Positions 9,191 through 17,887 of a DNA stretch of 64,000 nucleotides are shown here, piece by piece. The stretch lies in contig CBDBDQ010000005.1 in assembly GCA_965203905.1 (NCBI GenBank), forward strand, positions 5,504,001 to 5,568,000. Reading direction: 5' to 3'. The notes below the pieces were generated by a model that saw only the letters and a list, made by a program, of their open reading frames with translations, was not told the DNA's origin and did no database searches. A program made the translations under genes and the position numbers. Within the stretch, counting starts at the first letter, position 1; each line of letters starts with the position of its first letter. Source of the stretch: Spirochaetia bacterium (lineage in GTDB: Bacteria; Spirochaetota; Spirochaetia; SZUA-6; Bin103).

Positions 9191-10119
9191 TGACGGCGAA
9201 GTCGGACCCGGCCGCGTTGCGCGGCATCTTCCCGGTGCTGCCGCTGGCCCTGACCGCGGACGGCGGCATCGACCCTGCGAGCATGGAGCGGCAGGTGGCG
9301 TTCTGCATCGAGGCCGGCGCCCACGGCATGGTGTTCCCGGTGCTGGCCAGCGAGTTCCAGTACCTCACCGACCGCGAACGCCATCGTCTCGTGGAGGTGG
9401 TGGTCGGCGCCGCTGCCGGCGCCCTGCCGGTGGTGGTGGGAGTCGCCGCCAGCAGCGCGGCGGGGGCGGTGGAACATGCCCGCCACGCGGCCGCGGCCGG
9501 GGCCGACGCGGTGATCGCGCTGCCGCCGTTCCTCGGCGCCGGCAGCGGCGAGGAGACGGCGGCCTACTATCGCGCCATCGCCGCCGCGGCGCGGCGCCCG
9601 GTGTTCATCCAGCACACCTTCGCCGGCATGGGGGTGGAACTGATCAACCGGCTCATCGACGAGGTGGACGAGGTGCAGTACGTGAAGGAGGAGATGGAGC
9701 CCAGCGCGCACCAGATCAGCGCCCTCCTGGCCGGGGTGAGCGGTAACTGCCGCGGAGTGTTCGGCGGCGGCCACGGCCGCTGGATGCTGTCGGAGCTGCG
9801 CCGCGGCGCCACCGGCTTCATGCCGGCCACGGAACTGACCGACCTCCATCGCCGCATCTGGGACGCCTGGCAGGCGGGCGACGAGCCGCAGGCGCGGCGC
9901 CTGTTCAACCTGCTGCTGCCGCTGATCAATCTCACCCTGCTGCTCGGAGTGCGGGTGTGCAAGGAACTGCTGGTGCGCCGCGGCGTGTTCACCACCAGCG
10001 CGCTGCGCATCCCGGGAGAGCCCCGGCTGGACACGGAGGACCGGCGCGAGCTGGAGCAGATCCTGGCCGCCATCGAGCCGGAGCTGTCGCTGCCGCTGGT
10101 GTGGCGGAGCGCCCCATGA
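9187..10119 (+). CDS. DHDPS/NAL-family enzyme, probably a 2-keto-3-deoxy-acid dehydratase or aldolase
   Basis: Motifs GIFPVLP, ASEFQYLT..ER, ALPPF and the Schiff-base Lys in VKEE. Start overlaps the enolase stop (ATGA). Confidence 0.85.
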   Translation: MMTAKSDPAALRGIFPVLPLALTADGGIDPASMERQVAFCIEAGAHGMVFPVLASEFQYLTDRERHRLVEVVVGAAAGALPVVVGVAASSAAGAVEHARHAAAAGADAVIALPPFLGAGSGEETAAYYRAIAAAARRPVFIQHTFAGMGVELINRLIDEVDEVQYVKEEMEPSAHQISALLAGVSGNCRGVFGGGHGRWMLSELRRGATGFMPATELTDLHRRIWDAWQAGDEPQARRLFNLLLPLINLTLLLGVRVCKELLVRRGVFTTSALRIPGEPRLDTEDRRELEQILAAIEPELSLPLVWRSAP

Positions 10120-11081
10120 CCATCGACACCCACGTCCATCTTTACGATCCGACCCGGCCCGAGGGCGTGCCGTGGCCGGATCGGGACTCGCCCATCTACC
10201 GGCGGACGCTGGCCGCCGACTGCCGTGCCGTGGCCGAGCCCGAGGGCGTGGACGGCGTGGTCGTGGTGGAGGCGAGTGAACGCATCGCCGACAACCGCTG
10301 GGTGCTGGAGGAAGCGGACCGCGATCCGTTCGTGAAGGCGCTGGTGGCGCGGCTGGAGCCGGGCGCGCCGGAGTTCGCCGCCGAGCTGGCGCACTACGCC
10401 GCCGACCCGCGGGTACGCGGCATCCGCTTCTGGGGCGACCGCACCCCCGGCGGGCGCGGCGCCCTGTTCGCCCATCTCGACGCGGGCACTCTCATGGCCG
10501 ACATGGAGTTGCTGGCGCGCCGCGATCTGCACCTGGACGTGGCGCTGCGGATGGCGCCGCGGGACGGGGCCGACGAGGCGCAGCGGCGCGCGGACGTGGA
10601 CGGGTTCTTCACCCTGACCCGGCGCCTGCCCGAGTTGCGCGTCGTCATCGAGCACATCGGCGGGGTGGCGATCGACGGCGGTGCTCCGCCGCAGCAGTGG
10701 GTGGAAGCGATGCAGGCCGCCGCGGCGCTGCCGCAGGTTGCACTGAAGGTATCCTCGGTGATCGAGCACAGCGTGGTGCAGCCGCCGCCGGCGGAGCTGG
10801 ACTTCTACCGGCCGGCGCTCGATGTCATGTGGCAGGCGTTCGGCGCGGAGCGCCTGGTGTACGGCAGCAACTGGCCGGTGTGCGAGCGCGCCGGCCCCTA
10901 TGCCACCGCAATCGACATGGTGCGCCGCTACTTCGCCAGCCACGGCAGCCGCGCCGCGGCCCGGTACTTCGGTGCCAATGCGGCCCGTATCTACCGCTGG
11001 CCGGGCGCGGAGGCCGCCGCGCGGTCTGAAACAGCGGCGCGCAGCCAGCACCAGGGCGATCCCATGCTCACGGATTGGTGA
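10116..11081 (+). CDS. Amidohydrolase_2 family protein (sugar lactonase-like)
   Basis: Motifs IDTHVHLYDP, VIEHIG, ALKVS, FGAERLVYGSNWPV and NAARIY. Confidence 0.85.
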   Translation: MTIDTHVHLYDPTRPEGVPWPDRDSPIYRRTLAADCRAVAEPEGVDGVVVVEASERIADNRWVLEEADRDPFVKALVARLEPGAPEFAAELAHYAADPRVRGIRFWGDRTPGGRGALFAHLDAGTLMADMELLARRDLHLDVALRMAPRDGADEAQRRADVDGFFTLTRRLPELRVVIEHIGGVAIDGGAPPQQWVEAMQAAAALPQVALKVSSVIEHSVVQPPPAELDFYRPALDVMWQAFGAERLVYGSNWPVCERAGPYATAIDMVRRYFASHGSRAAARYFGANAARIYRWPGAEAAARSETAARSQHQGDPMLTDW

Positions 11082-11130
11082 ACGGGTACCGTCGGGAGCG
11101 TGAACGGCATGAGCCCGTCGCCATCCGTGA
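11068..11130. terminator. Long imperfect hairpin at the convergent amidohydrolase/rpn junction
   Basis: Nested inverted repeats tcacgga/tccgtga, tggtg/cgcca, acggg/cccgt and ccgt/acgg. No U-tract. Confidence 0.5.
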
Positions 11131-11142
11131 TCACGCCTGCCG

Positions 11143-11406
11143 CTACGAGCGGGAGCCTTCCACGCGGGCCAGGAAGTCGGCGACGGTGGCGCAGTCCACG
11201 ATCCACTCGCCGGCTTCGGCGAGGTGGTCGGCGTCCGTGACGGCGGCGAGCACCGCTGACAGCCGTTCCGCCGCCGCCGGGCCGAACCGCCGCTCAGCCT
11301 GGTGGCGTAACAGCGCCTTCTCCCGCGCGATGCCTTGCTCGATGCCCTGCTTGATGCCCCGCGCCAGGATTTCCTCTCCCCAGCGGTCGATCTTCTCCAA
11401 CAACAC
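11143..11406 (-). CDS. Predicted in-frame intragenic small protein (RpnS-like antitoxin, 87 aa)
   Basis: AGGAGGT (11420-11414) lies 7 nt before an in-frame GTG (11406), immediately upstream of the GIKQGIEQG segment. Confidence 0.65.
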   Translation of the reverse strand: MLLEKIDRWGEEILARGIKQGIEQGIAREKALLRHQAERRFGPAAAERLSAVLAAVTDADHLAEAGEWIVDCATVADFLARVEGSRS

Positions 11407-12129
11407 TGCGCTTACCTCCTCGTACTCGCGGATCGATGGCAGCGCCACCTCCCACTTCTCTGCCAGCGCCCCCAGCCACAGGTCGAAGGTCGTCGTCAGC
11501 CCCGGCTCGCCCAGTCCGGCCAGCCACTCGCCCAACTCCCTCACCCGCTCCGGCAGCGTCCCGGCCTGCACGCTCTGCTCCACCGATGCCACCCACCTCA
11601 GCAGGTTTGCGCGCGGCACCGCCTCCAGCCTCGCATCCACCAGGTCGACCACCTCGTAGCTCACTGCCAGCGGCGCCGGCCGGTCCTGCGGCTTGCCCGC
11701 CAGCAGCCCCGCCAGCGTCAGCGGCGCGTCCCAGCGACGCTCACCATTATATACCACCACGTGCAGCACCGGCTCAGCCGTGTCACCCTTGCGCCAGTTC
11801 TTGCGGTCGCGGTACCGCCGCTGATACAGCAGGTTGCTGTAGTTGAGGAACCGCAACGGCATCCCGTAGTGCACGCTGGACTGATGCTCGATCACCAGGT
11901 GCAGCGTGTGCGCGCAGCCGCTCTCATCGCGGCGGTCGATCGACCAGGTCAGGTCGCCGAGGCGGCTGCGCAGGGTGTCGGAGATGCCCTCGGTGGCGCC
12001 TTCGCACAGGGAGTCGAAGTCGAGCGCCGCGGCCCACTGCGGCGCTCGACGCGGGGCGATGAAGCCGAGCAGCAGGTCCTTGACGATGCGCTTGTGATTG
12101 AGCAGCCGTTTGTAGGAGGCGTCGTTCAT
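11143..12129 (-). CDS. Rpn/YhgA-like recombination-promoting nuclease (PD-(D/E)XK, Transposase_31) with a variable C-terminal domain
   Basis: Motifs D..YKRLL, LRSRLGD, LVIEHQSS..MPLRFLNY, VVVYNG..W and a GIKQGIEQG repeat. ATG at 12129 has a GGAG SD. Confidence 0.9.
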   Translation of the reverse strand: MNDASYKRLLNHKRIVKDLLLGFIAPRRAPQWAAALDFDSLCEGATEGISDTLRSRLGDLTWSIDRRDESGCAHTLHLVIEHQSSVHYGMPLRFLNYSNLLYQRRYRDRKNWRKGDTAEPVLHVVVYNGERRWDAPLTLAGLLAGKPQDRPAPLAVSYEVVDLVDARLEAVPRANLLRWVASVEQSVQAGTLPERVRELGEWLAGLGEPGLTTTFDLWLGALAEKWEVALPSIREYEEVSAVLLEKIDRWGEEILARGIKQGIEQGIAREKALLRHQAERRFGPAAAERLSAVLAAVTDADHLAEAGEWIVDCATVADFLARVEGSRS

Positions 12130-12140
12130 GATTCTCCACC

Positions 12141-12216
12141 GGGTGGCGGCGCCGAGGCGATGCGTGCGCAACGACCGCTCTCGGTCGTCGGCAGGCGCGT
12201 GCCGCGGGCGCCATCC
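12141..12216. other. 76-nt imperfect hairpin just upstream of rpn
   Basis: Base gggtgg/ccatcc, ggc/gcc and atgcg/cgcgt segments, and an apical acgaccg-ctct-cggtcgt stem-loop. Confidence 0.5.
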
Positions 12217-12394
12217 ATTCTCGATACCCTATGACAACGGCCGCGTTTCGCTGCTGCTTCAGAAATCCGCTGTCAACCGGCTACGAAAAATCCCCAGAGG
12301 CGTCGGCCCCGCGCCGATTCTCGTAGCATGGGATTGTCCTGAGCCGGTGCCGTGCCGGTGGCCGGACGGCGCGGGGGCGGCTATAGTCGCCCGC

Positions 12395-13186
12395 GTGAAT
12401 CATCCCCATACCTTCATGCGCAAGCTGCAGGCCGGCGAGCCGGTGCTCGGCGCCGCGGTTTCGGTGTCCGATCCCACCATCACCGAGGCGCTGGCCGACT
12501 CGGTCGACTTCGTGTGGATCGACCAGGAGCACAACCCGCTGTCGGTGGGCGACGTGCAGGGCCACATCATGGCCACCAAGGGCTCGCCCGCCACCCCGAT
12601 CGTGCGCGTGCCGTGGAACGACCACGTGATGATCAAGCGGGTCCTCGACGCCGGCGCCGCGGGCATCATCGTACCGATGGTGCGCACCGCCGCGGAGGCG
12701 CGGCGCGCGGTCGAGGCGTGCCTCTATCCCCCGGAGGGCATCCGCGGCTACGGGCCGCGGCGGCCCTCCAACTACGGGCGCCGCGGCGGGGTCGACTTCG
12801 TGCGTGACGCCAACGCTTCCGTGATCCCGATTCTGCAGATCGAGCACGTCGACGCCGTGGAGCAGATCGACGAAATCGTTGCCGTGCCAGGCATCGCGTC
12901 ACTGGTATTCGGTCCCAATGACCTCGCCGGCAGCATGGGGCTGCTCGGTGAGCCGCATCATCCCAAGGTGGTGGCGGCGATCGACCACGTGATCGCCCGT
13001 GCCCGCGCCGCCGGCGTGTTCGTCGGCTCCGGCATGGGCGGCAGCGCCGAGCAGATCGCCGCCGCGTTCGAGCGCGGCATGCACTGGAGTCTGACCGGTA
13101 TCGACTACGCCTTCATGCTGCACGCCCTGCACCGGTTGCTGGGCGACGTGCGGCGGCGCCTGCCGGGTGCCACGTCGGCGGACTGA
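12395..13186 (+). CDS. HpcH/HpaI class II pyruvate aldolase family protein
   Basis: Motifs DFVWIDQEH, IVRVP, KRVLDAGA.GIIVPMV, QIE and GPNDL. GTG start lies 7 nt after TATAGT. Confidence 0.9.
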   Translation: MNHPHTFMRKLQAGEPVLGAAVSVSDPTITEALADSVDFVWIDQEHNPLSVGDVQGHIMATKGSPATPIVRVPWNDHVMIKRVLDAGAAGIIVPMVRTAAEARRAVEACLYPPEGIRGYGPRRPSNYGRRGGVDFVRDANASVIPILQIEHVDAVEQIDEIVAVPGIASLVFGPNDLAGSMGLLGEPHHPKVVAAIDHVIARARAAGVFVGSGMGGSAEQIAAAFERGMHWSLTGIDYAFMLHALHRLLGDVRRRLPGATSAD

Positions 13187-13265
13187 TGGCGGCCATGCTC
13201 TTTGAAGTGAGCACTCGCTCGGCGACACGCCGGGGCGAGCCCTGGTACGGCGGCGGGAGCCGAGC

Positions 13266-14474
13266 GTGACCGAACTGCGCATCGGCGCGGTCGGCTGTGG
13301 GTCGCGCGGGCGCAGCGTCCTGCAGCGGTTGCAGGCGGTCGGCCGGACCCGCATCACGGCCCTGTACGATCCCGCCCCCGGCAGCGCTGAACGGGTACGG
13401 GCGGAGCTGGCTCCGGAGGCCCGCGTCGTCGCTGGCTACCGCGAGGTGGTGCGGCGCGACGACGTCGACCTGGTGCTGGTGTGCTCGCCCGATCATGCCC
13501 ACCGGGAGCCGGCGGTGGCCGCATTCGAGCACGGCAAGCACGTGTTCTGCGAGAAGCCGATGGCGACCACGGTGGCCGACTGCCAGGCGATCTGGGAGGC
13601 GTCGCGCGCCGCCGAGCGCCACCTGATCGTCGGCTTCGTGCTGCGCTACGCGCCCTTCTACCGCGAGATGAAGCGGCGCCTCGACCGTGGCGACCTGGGC
13701 CGCCTGGTGAGCCTGGAGGCGAACGAGAACCTGGGCGCGGCGCAGGGCGCGTTCTTCCGCCGCGACTGGCGCCGGTTCCGCAAGTTCACCGGCGGCTACC
13801 TGCTGGAGAAGTGCTGTCACGACCTGGACATCCTCGCCTGGTTCGCCGGCGCGCTGCCGCGCCGTGTTGCCTCGTTCGGCGGCCGCTCGGCGTTCACGCC
13901 ACGCCGCGAGGCGCCGCTGTACTGCCGCGACTGCGACCTGGAGTGTGCCCACCGGTTGCGCCTGGAAGATCCACCGCCGAAGCCCGCCACGCGCGCCGAG
14001 CTGGAGTTGAGCCGCGGGCGGACGCTGGACCTGTGCTGCTTCAACTCTGACCAGGACATCGTCGATCACCAGGTGGCGATCATCGAATACGAGAACGGGG
14101 TGCGCGCCACCTTCCACTCCAACCAGAACTGCGGGATGCCCAGCCGCCGCATGTACGTGGTCGGTGACGCTGGCTGCATCGAGGGCGACCTGTACTGGGG
14201 CCACTTCCAGTTCGCCCCCGTGACCTATACCCGAAACTTCGAGGGCAGCGAGTGGCAGCGCACCGAGGTAGGCAACCCCAGCCAGCACGGCGGCGGCGAC
14301 CAACGGCAACTGGCCTCCTGCGTGGCGGCGCTGCTGGAGGGCGGTCCGGCGCCGGCGGGCGGCCGCGACGGGCTGGTGGCAAGCGTCACCGCCCTTGCCA
14401 TCGACGAGGCGCTGCAACAGGGTGCCGTGGTGGACCTGAGCCAGCGCTGGCGACGCCTGGGACTGGCTGTTTGA
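13266..14474 (+). CDS. Gfo/Idh/MocA family oxidoreductase
   Basis: Motifs IGAVGCG, GKHVFCEKP, GFVLRY, GG.LLEKCCHDLD and HGGGD. Confidence 0.9.
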   Translation: MTELRIGAVGCGSRGRSVLQRLQAVGRTRITALYDPAPGSAERVRAELAPEARVVAGYREVVRRDDVDLVLVCSPDHAHREPAVAAFEHGKHVFCEKPMATTVADCQAIWEASRAAERHLIVGFVLRYAPFYREMKRRLDRGDLGRLVSLEANENLGAAQGAFFRRDWRRFRKFTGGYLLEKCCHDLDILAWFAGALPRRVASFGGRSAFTPRREAPLYCRDCDLECAHRLRLEDPPPKPATRAELELSRGRTLDLCCFNSDQDIVDHQVAIIEYENGVRATFHSNQNCGMPSRRMYVVGDAGCIEGDLYWGHFQFAPVTYTRNFEGSEWQRTEVGNPSQHGGGDQRQLASCVAALLEGGPAPAGGRDGLVASVTALAIDEALQQGAVVDLSQRWRRLGLAV

Positions 14475-14616
14475 TCTGACGCAGGATCCCGTGCAACGCT
14501 GCAACCGCTGGGCCGATCCGGCGGCCGTCCCGCTGCGTCGCGAGATGGAGGGTCGGTTGCTGGAGAAGATCGTCGACACCCAGGCGCGACACCAGCGTCA
14601 GGTGGCGGTGGCATGA
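14467..14616 (+). pseudogene. C-terminal remnant of a sulfatase gene
   Basis: This frame reads LFDLTQDPVQRCNRWADPAAVPLRREMEGRLLEKIVDTQARHQRQVAVA*, matching the sulfatase C-terminal L(Y/F)DL..DP.E..NL..DP pattern. It has no start of its own. Confidence 0.65.
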
Positions 14617-14638
14617 CCAACGGCAAGGAGGCGGATCG

Positions 14639-15412
14639 ATGAGCATTGCCGAGCGAGTGGCGCTGGTTACGGGCGCGGGACACGGCATCGGGCGTGGCAT
14701 CGCGTATGCGCTGGCGCGCGAGGGGGCGCACGTGGTGGTCAACTGGTCGCGCGACGAGGAAGCGGCGACACACACCGTGACCCGCATATCCGAAGCGGGC
14801 GGGAAGGCCGCGGCGGTCAAGGCGGACGTCGGCGAGATCGACCAGTGCCAGGAGCTGGTGCGGCGCTCGGAGGAGGCGTTCGGGCCGGTGGAGATCCTGA
14901 TCAGCAACGCCGGCATCGGCCAGCCGCACCAGATCGTCGACACCCCGGACGAGGAGTGGGAGCGGGTGATCAACGTCAACCTGCGCGCCACCTTCGCCCT
15001 GGCGCGGGCGGTCATGCCGTCGATGATCGAACGCCAATACGGGCGCGTGGTGACCATCTCCTCCAACATCGCCTACGTCGGCAAGGGCGGCGCTTCGTTC
15101 GCCACCTACGGCGCTTCGAAGGCGGGGCTGATCGCACTCACCAAGGGCATCGCCCACGAGGGCGCCCCCTACATCACCGCCAACGCCATCGTGCCGGGCG
15201 GCACCAGCCGGCAGACCGCCGACGAGCGTGGCGAGGAGTGGCCGCCGCCGCCGGCCCACGACGACAAGTTCTTTCTCGGCTGGCGGGTGCCGCTGAACCG
15301 AACCGGCACGCCGGAGGACATCGCCGCCGCGGTGCTGTTCTTCGTGTCCGATGCCGCCTGCTACGTCACCGGGCAGTCGCTGCACGTGAGCGGCGGCGGG
15401 TACATGCCGTAG
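14639..15412 (+). CDS. Classical SDR oxidoreductase (FabG-like)
   Basis: Motifs TGAGHGIG, SNAG, YGASK and YVTGQ. AAGGAGG SD. Confidence 0.92.
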   Translation: MSIAERVALVTGAGHGIGRGIAYALAREGAHVVVNWSRDEEAATHTVTRISEAGGKAAAVKADVGEIDQCQELVRRSEEAFGPVEILISNAGIGQPHQIVDTPDEEWERVINVNLRATFALARAVMPSMIERQYGRVVTISSNIAYVGKGGASFATYGASKAGLIALTKGIAHEGAPYITANAIVPGGTSRQTADERGEEWPPPPAHDDKFFLGWRVPLNRTGTPEDIAAAVLFFVSDAACYVTGQSLHVSGGGYMP

Positions 15413-15414
15413 CG

Positions 15415-16224
15415 TCAGGCGGCGGTCAGTACCCGGCGCAGGGCGTCGACCTCTGCGCCGGTGAGGCCGATGTGCTCCAGGTAGCCGGTGATATCCCGGT
15501 AGTGTGAGCGCAACCAGAACAGCAGGATCGGGATCAGCTCGGCGGGGCAGAAGCGCGCCGCGTACTCGGATTCGTCGCGCATCGTCAGCGGCGGGTCTCC
15601 GCTCTTGCGCAGCAGTTCCAGGCGGCGGAAGTTGGTGTGTGCCGTGTGCGTGTAGTCGGCGGCGATCGCGAGGTCGGGCACCTCGGCAAGCATCAGCAGC
15701 AGCGCGCTGACGACGCCGGTGCGATCCTTGCCCGCCTCGCAGTGGAATACCGCCGGCGTCGCCGGTGGGTGCGCCAGCAGGCGCAGGATCGTGCGCAGTT
15801 GCGGCTGCCGTTCGTCGAGCCAGCGGCAGTAGTCGCGCAGGTGTGAGAACAACGGCAACGCCGCGTAGCGGGAGTCCACGTCCGCGTCGCGCCAGACGAC
15901 GTCCAGCACGTCGCTCGCGACCGAGTACTGGTCGCCGATCATGTCCACCTGGTGGTATGCGACCCGCGGGTGCCGGCGCAGCGGACTGGGCCACTTCCGC
16001 ACCGCCTCGTCCTGGCGCAGGTCGATCACCGTGCGGACGCCGAGCCGCAGCAGGGCGGCAACGCCGGCGGGGGAGAGGCTGGCGAGATTGTCGGCGCGAT
16101 AGATCCGACCCCGCGGAACGGCGCTGCCGTCGTGGCGCGGCAGGCCGCCGAGATCGCGCATGTTGTAGATGCCCTCGACGCTGACGCAGCGCTTGGCGGT
16201 CAGCTCTTCGAAACGGGGGATCAC
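15415..16224 (-). CDS. Protein tyrosine phosphatase (PtpB/Y_phosphatase3 family)
   Basis: Motifs NMRDLGG, IDLR, P-loop FHCEAGKDRTG and DY..T. GTG start overlaps the hugZ stop. Confidence 0.9.
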   Translation of the reverse strand: MIPRFEELTAKRCVSVEGIYNMRDLGGLPRHDGSAVPRGRIYRADNLASLSPAGVAALLRLGVRTVIDLRQDEAVRKWPSPLRRHPRVAYHQVDMIGDQYSVASDVLDVVWRDADVDSRYAALPLFSHLRDYCRWLDERQPQLRTILRLLAHPPATPAVFHCEAGKDRTGVVSALLLMLAEVPDLAIAADYTHTAHTNFRRLELLRKSGDPPLTMRDESEYAARFCPAELIPILLFWLRSHYRDITGYLEHIGLTGAEVDALRRVLTAA

Positions 16225-17027
16225 GCGGTCTTTCCGGGGGCCTGTTCTCTGGCCCGGTGCAGCAGTCCGATCAGCGTGGCGCGGGCCTGGTCGGAACCTT
16301 GCAGCGGTTCGGGAAACGGCACCCGCGCCAGCCGCGGACCCCCGGGAGTGTGCGCCCGCAGGGTCATCCCGTAACGGTCGATGCCCACCATGGTGGCGGC
16401 ACTGGCGTCTTCGAGCCGCGCCAGCACGGTGACATACTGCAGGTTGGCCTCGGCGTGGTCCTCGTTCATGTGGTTGATGATGGCCGCCGCGTCCCCGGCC
16501 AGGGGGTCGACCGCGGCGCTCCGGTAGGACTCGGCGGTGATCCAGCTCATGTGCCCGAATCCGCCGACGAAGCGGCACTTCTCCGCGGCGAGCCGCCAGA
16601 AGCTGAAGTCCGAGAAGTCGACGTAGGAGGCGGCGTAGGGGTGACACTCCAGGTAGGGGGCGCGCGGGGCGGCCTGATCGTCGACCCGCAGCAGGCGGCC
16701 GAGCAGGGTGAGGCGGGCACTGCCGAGGGGATCGGACTGGCGCGGCGTCGCCGCGGTCACCAGCATGCTCACCCGGTCGTCGGCGCGGGCGTTGATCGTG
16801 TGCTCGGCCAGCTCCGAGATCAGCAGCAACGGCAACCCGGCGTCGTCTACCGCGTAGGAAACGACGCTGCCGTACGGGTAGCCTTCGGCGGTAAGGGTGC
16901 ACAGCGTCGCCTGCCGTGCGCCCGCGACCAGGGTGCGCGCCAGCTCGGCGTCGGCGGGAAACGAGCCGGGGTCGCCGGCGATGCCCGGTCCCGGCTCGCC
17001 GCCGCCATGCTCGGTGGGACGTTCCAT
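16221..17027 (-). CDS. HugZ-like heme-utilization/PNPOx-like split-barrel protein with a DUF2470-type C-terminal domain
   Basis: Motifs GYPYGSVV, LLISELAEHT.N, VGGFG.M.W and IINHMNEDH. GGAG SD. Confidence 0.85.
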   Translation of the reverse strand: MERPTEHGGGEPGPGIAGDPGSFPADAELARTLVAGARQATLCTLTAEGYPYGSVVSYAVDDAGLPLLLISELAEHTINARADDRVSMLVTAATPRQSDPLGSARLTLLGRLLRVDDQAAPRAPYLECHPYAASYVDFSDFSFWRLAAEKCRFVGGFGHMSWITAESYRSAAVDPLAGDAAAIINHMNEDHAEANLQYVTVLARLEDASAATMVGIDRYGMTLRAHTPGGPRLARVPFPEPLQGSDQARATLIGLLHRAREQAPGKTA

Positions 17028-17048
17028 CGTTACTCCAGTGTGGCGGAT

Positions 17049-17396
17049 TGGAGGTGGCGGGAATCGAACCCGCGTCCTGAAAGGTGCGCGTACGGCGTCT
17101 ACAGGTTTAGCCGGCTGTTGCAGTTCTTGGCGCCACCGTTGTGATCCGGCTCACGGGTGGCGGTGCAGCCCGCTGTTTGTCTGTCCCGTCACACCCGCGG
17201 GCCGATGTGACGGTAAGTTCTGAATTGCGTCGGGGAAGCTCGTCGCTCAGGACCGCACTTCAAGTCCCCGTGACCGCGTTAATTAAGCGGCCAGTGCGAG
17301 ATCTGTATCGGCAGATCAATTTTCCAGGTTAAGGAGACTGGAACTCCACCTGCAACCGCAAACGTCATGCCTCCCAGTCGAGGCCTTGTCACCCCC
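17049..17396 (-). ncRNA. ssrA: tmRNA (348 nt)
   Basis: The 5' GGGGGTG pairs with the 3' CACCTCC-A, including the G3:U70 alanylation determinant. T-arm GCGGGTTCGATTCCCGC. CCA is not encoded. The gene lies 8 nt after smpB. Confidence 0.97.
17283..17312 (-). other. tmRNA tag reading frame (A)ADTDLALAA*
   Basis: GCC GAT ACA GAT CTC GCA CTG GCC GCT TAA, ending in the canonical ALAA. Confidence 0.85.
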
Positions 17397-17404
17397 AAAG
17401 AATT

Positions 17405-17887
17405 TCACAGCCGCCGCTGGCCGCTCCGGACCTGGCGGTCCAGGTCGCGGGCTAGGTCGCGGCGCTTGATGTCCTCGCGCTTGTCGAAGGTCTTCTTGCC
17501 GCGACAGATGCCGAGCTCGACCTTGACCAAGCCATTGGTAACGTAGAAGCGCAAGGGGATCAGCGTCAAGCCCCGCTCGGCGACGCGCTTGCCGAGACGC
17601 CGGATCTCGTCGCGATGCGCGAGCAGCTTGCGGGTCCGCGTCGGGTCGTGGTTGAACTGGTTGCCGAACGCGTACGGGGTGACGTGGAGACCCACCAGGA
17701 GGAGCTCGCCGTCGACCACCCGGGCGTATGAGTCAACGAAGGAGAACTGCCCGGACTTGAGGGATTTCACCTCGGTCCCGCGCAGCGCTATGCCGCACTC
17801 CAGGCGGTCGTCGACGTGGTACAGGTGACGCGCGCGGCGGTTGGTGGCCAGTGTCCTGCCGCCGTCGCCGGCATGGCGGCGGCTCAT
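17405..17887 (-). CDS. smpB: SsrA-binding protein
   Basis: Motifs NRRA.H.Y, GIAL.GTEVKS, RTRKLL.H and GKK.FDKR. Confidence 0.97.
   Translation of the reverse strand: MSRRHAGDGGRTLATNRRARHLYHVDDRLECGIALRGTEVKSLKSGQFSFVDSYARVVDGELLLVGLHVTPYAFGNQFNHDPTRTRKLLAHRDEIRRLGKRVAERGLTLIPLRFYVTNGLVKVELGICRGKKTFDKREDIKRRDLARDLDRQVRSGQRRL

Noticed and set aside
13193-13240. Small GC-rich hairpins before the Gfo/Idh/MocA gene (similar ones at 24180-24210 and 61541-61561)
   Set aside because: Such hairpins are expected by chance at this GC content, and they share no sequence suggesting a REP family or riboswitch.
1-17049. Genomic island integrated at the tmRNA 3' end
   Set aside because: The region is accessory-like, but I found no integrase and no duplicated ssrA 3' end (att site) in the window.
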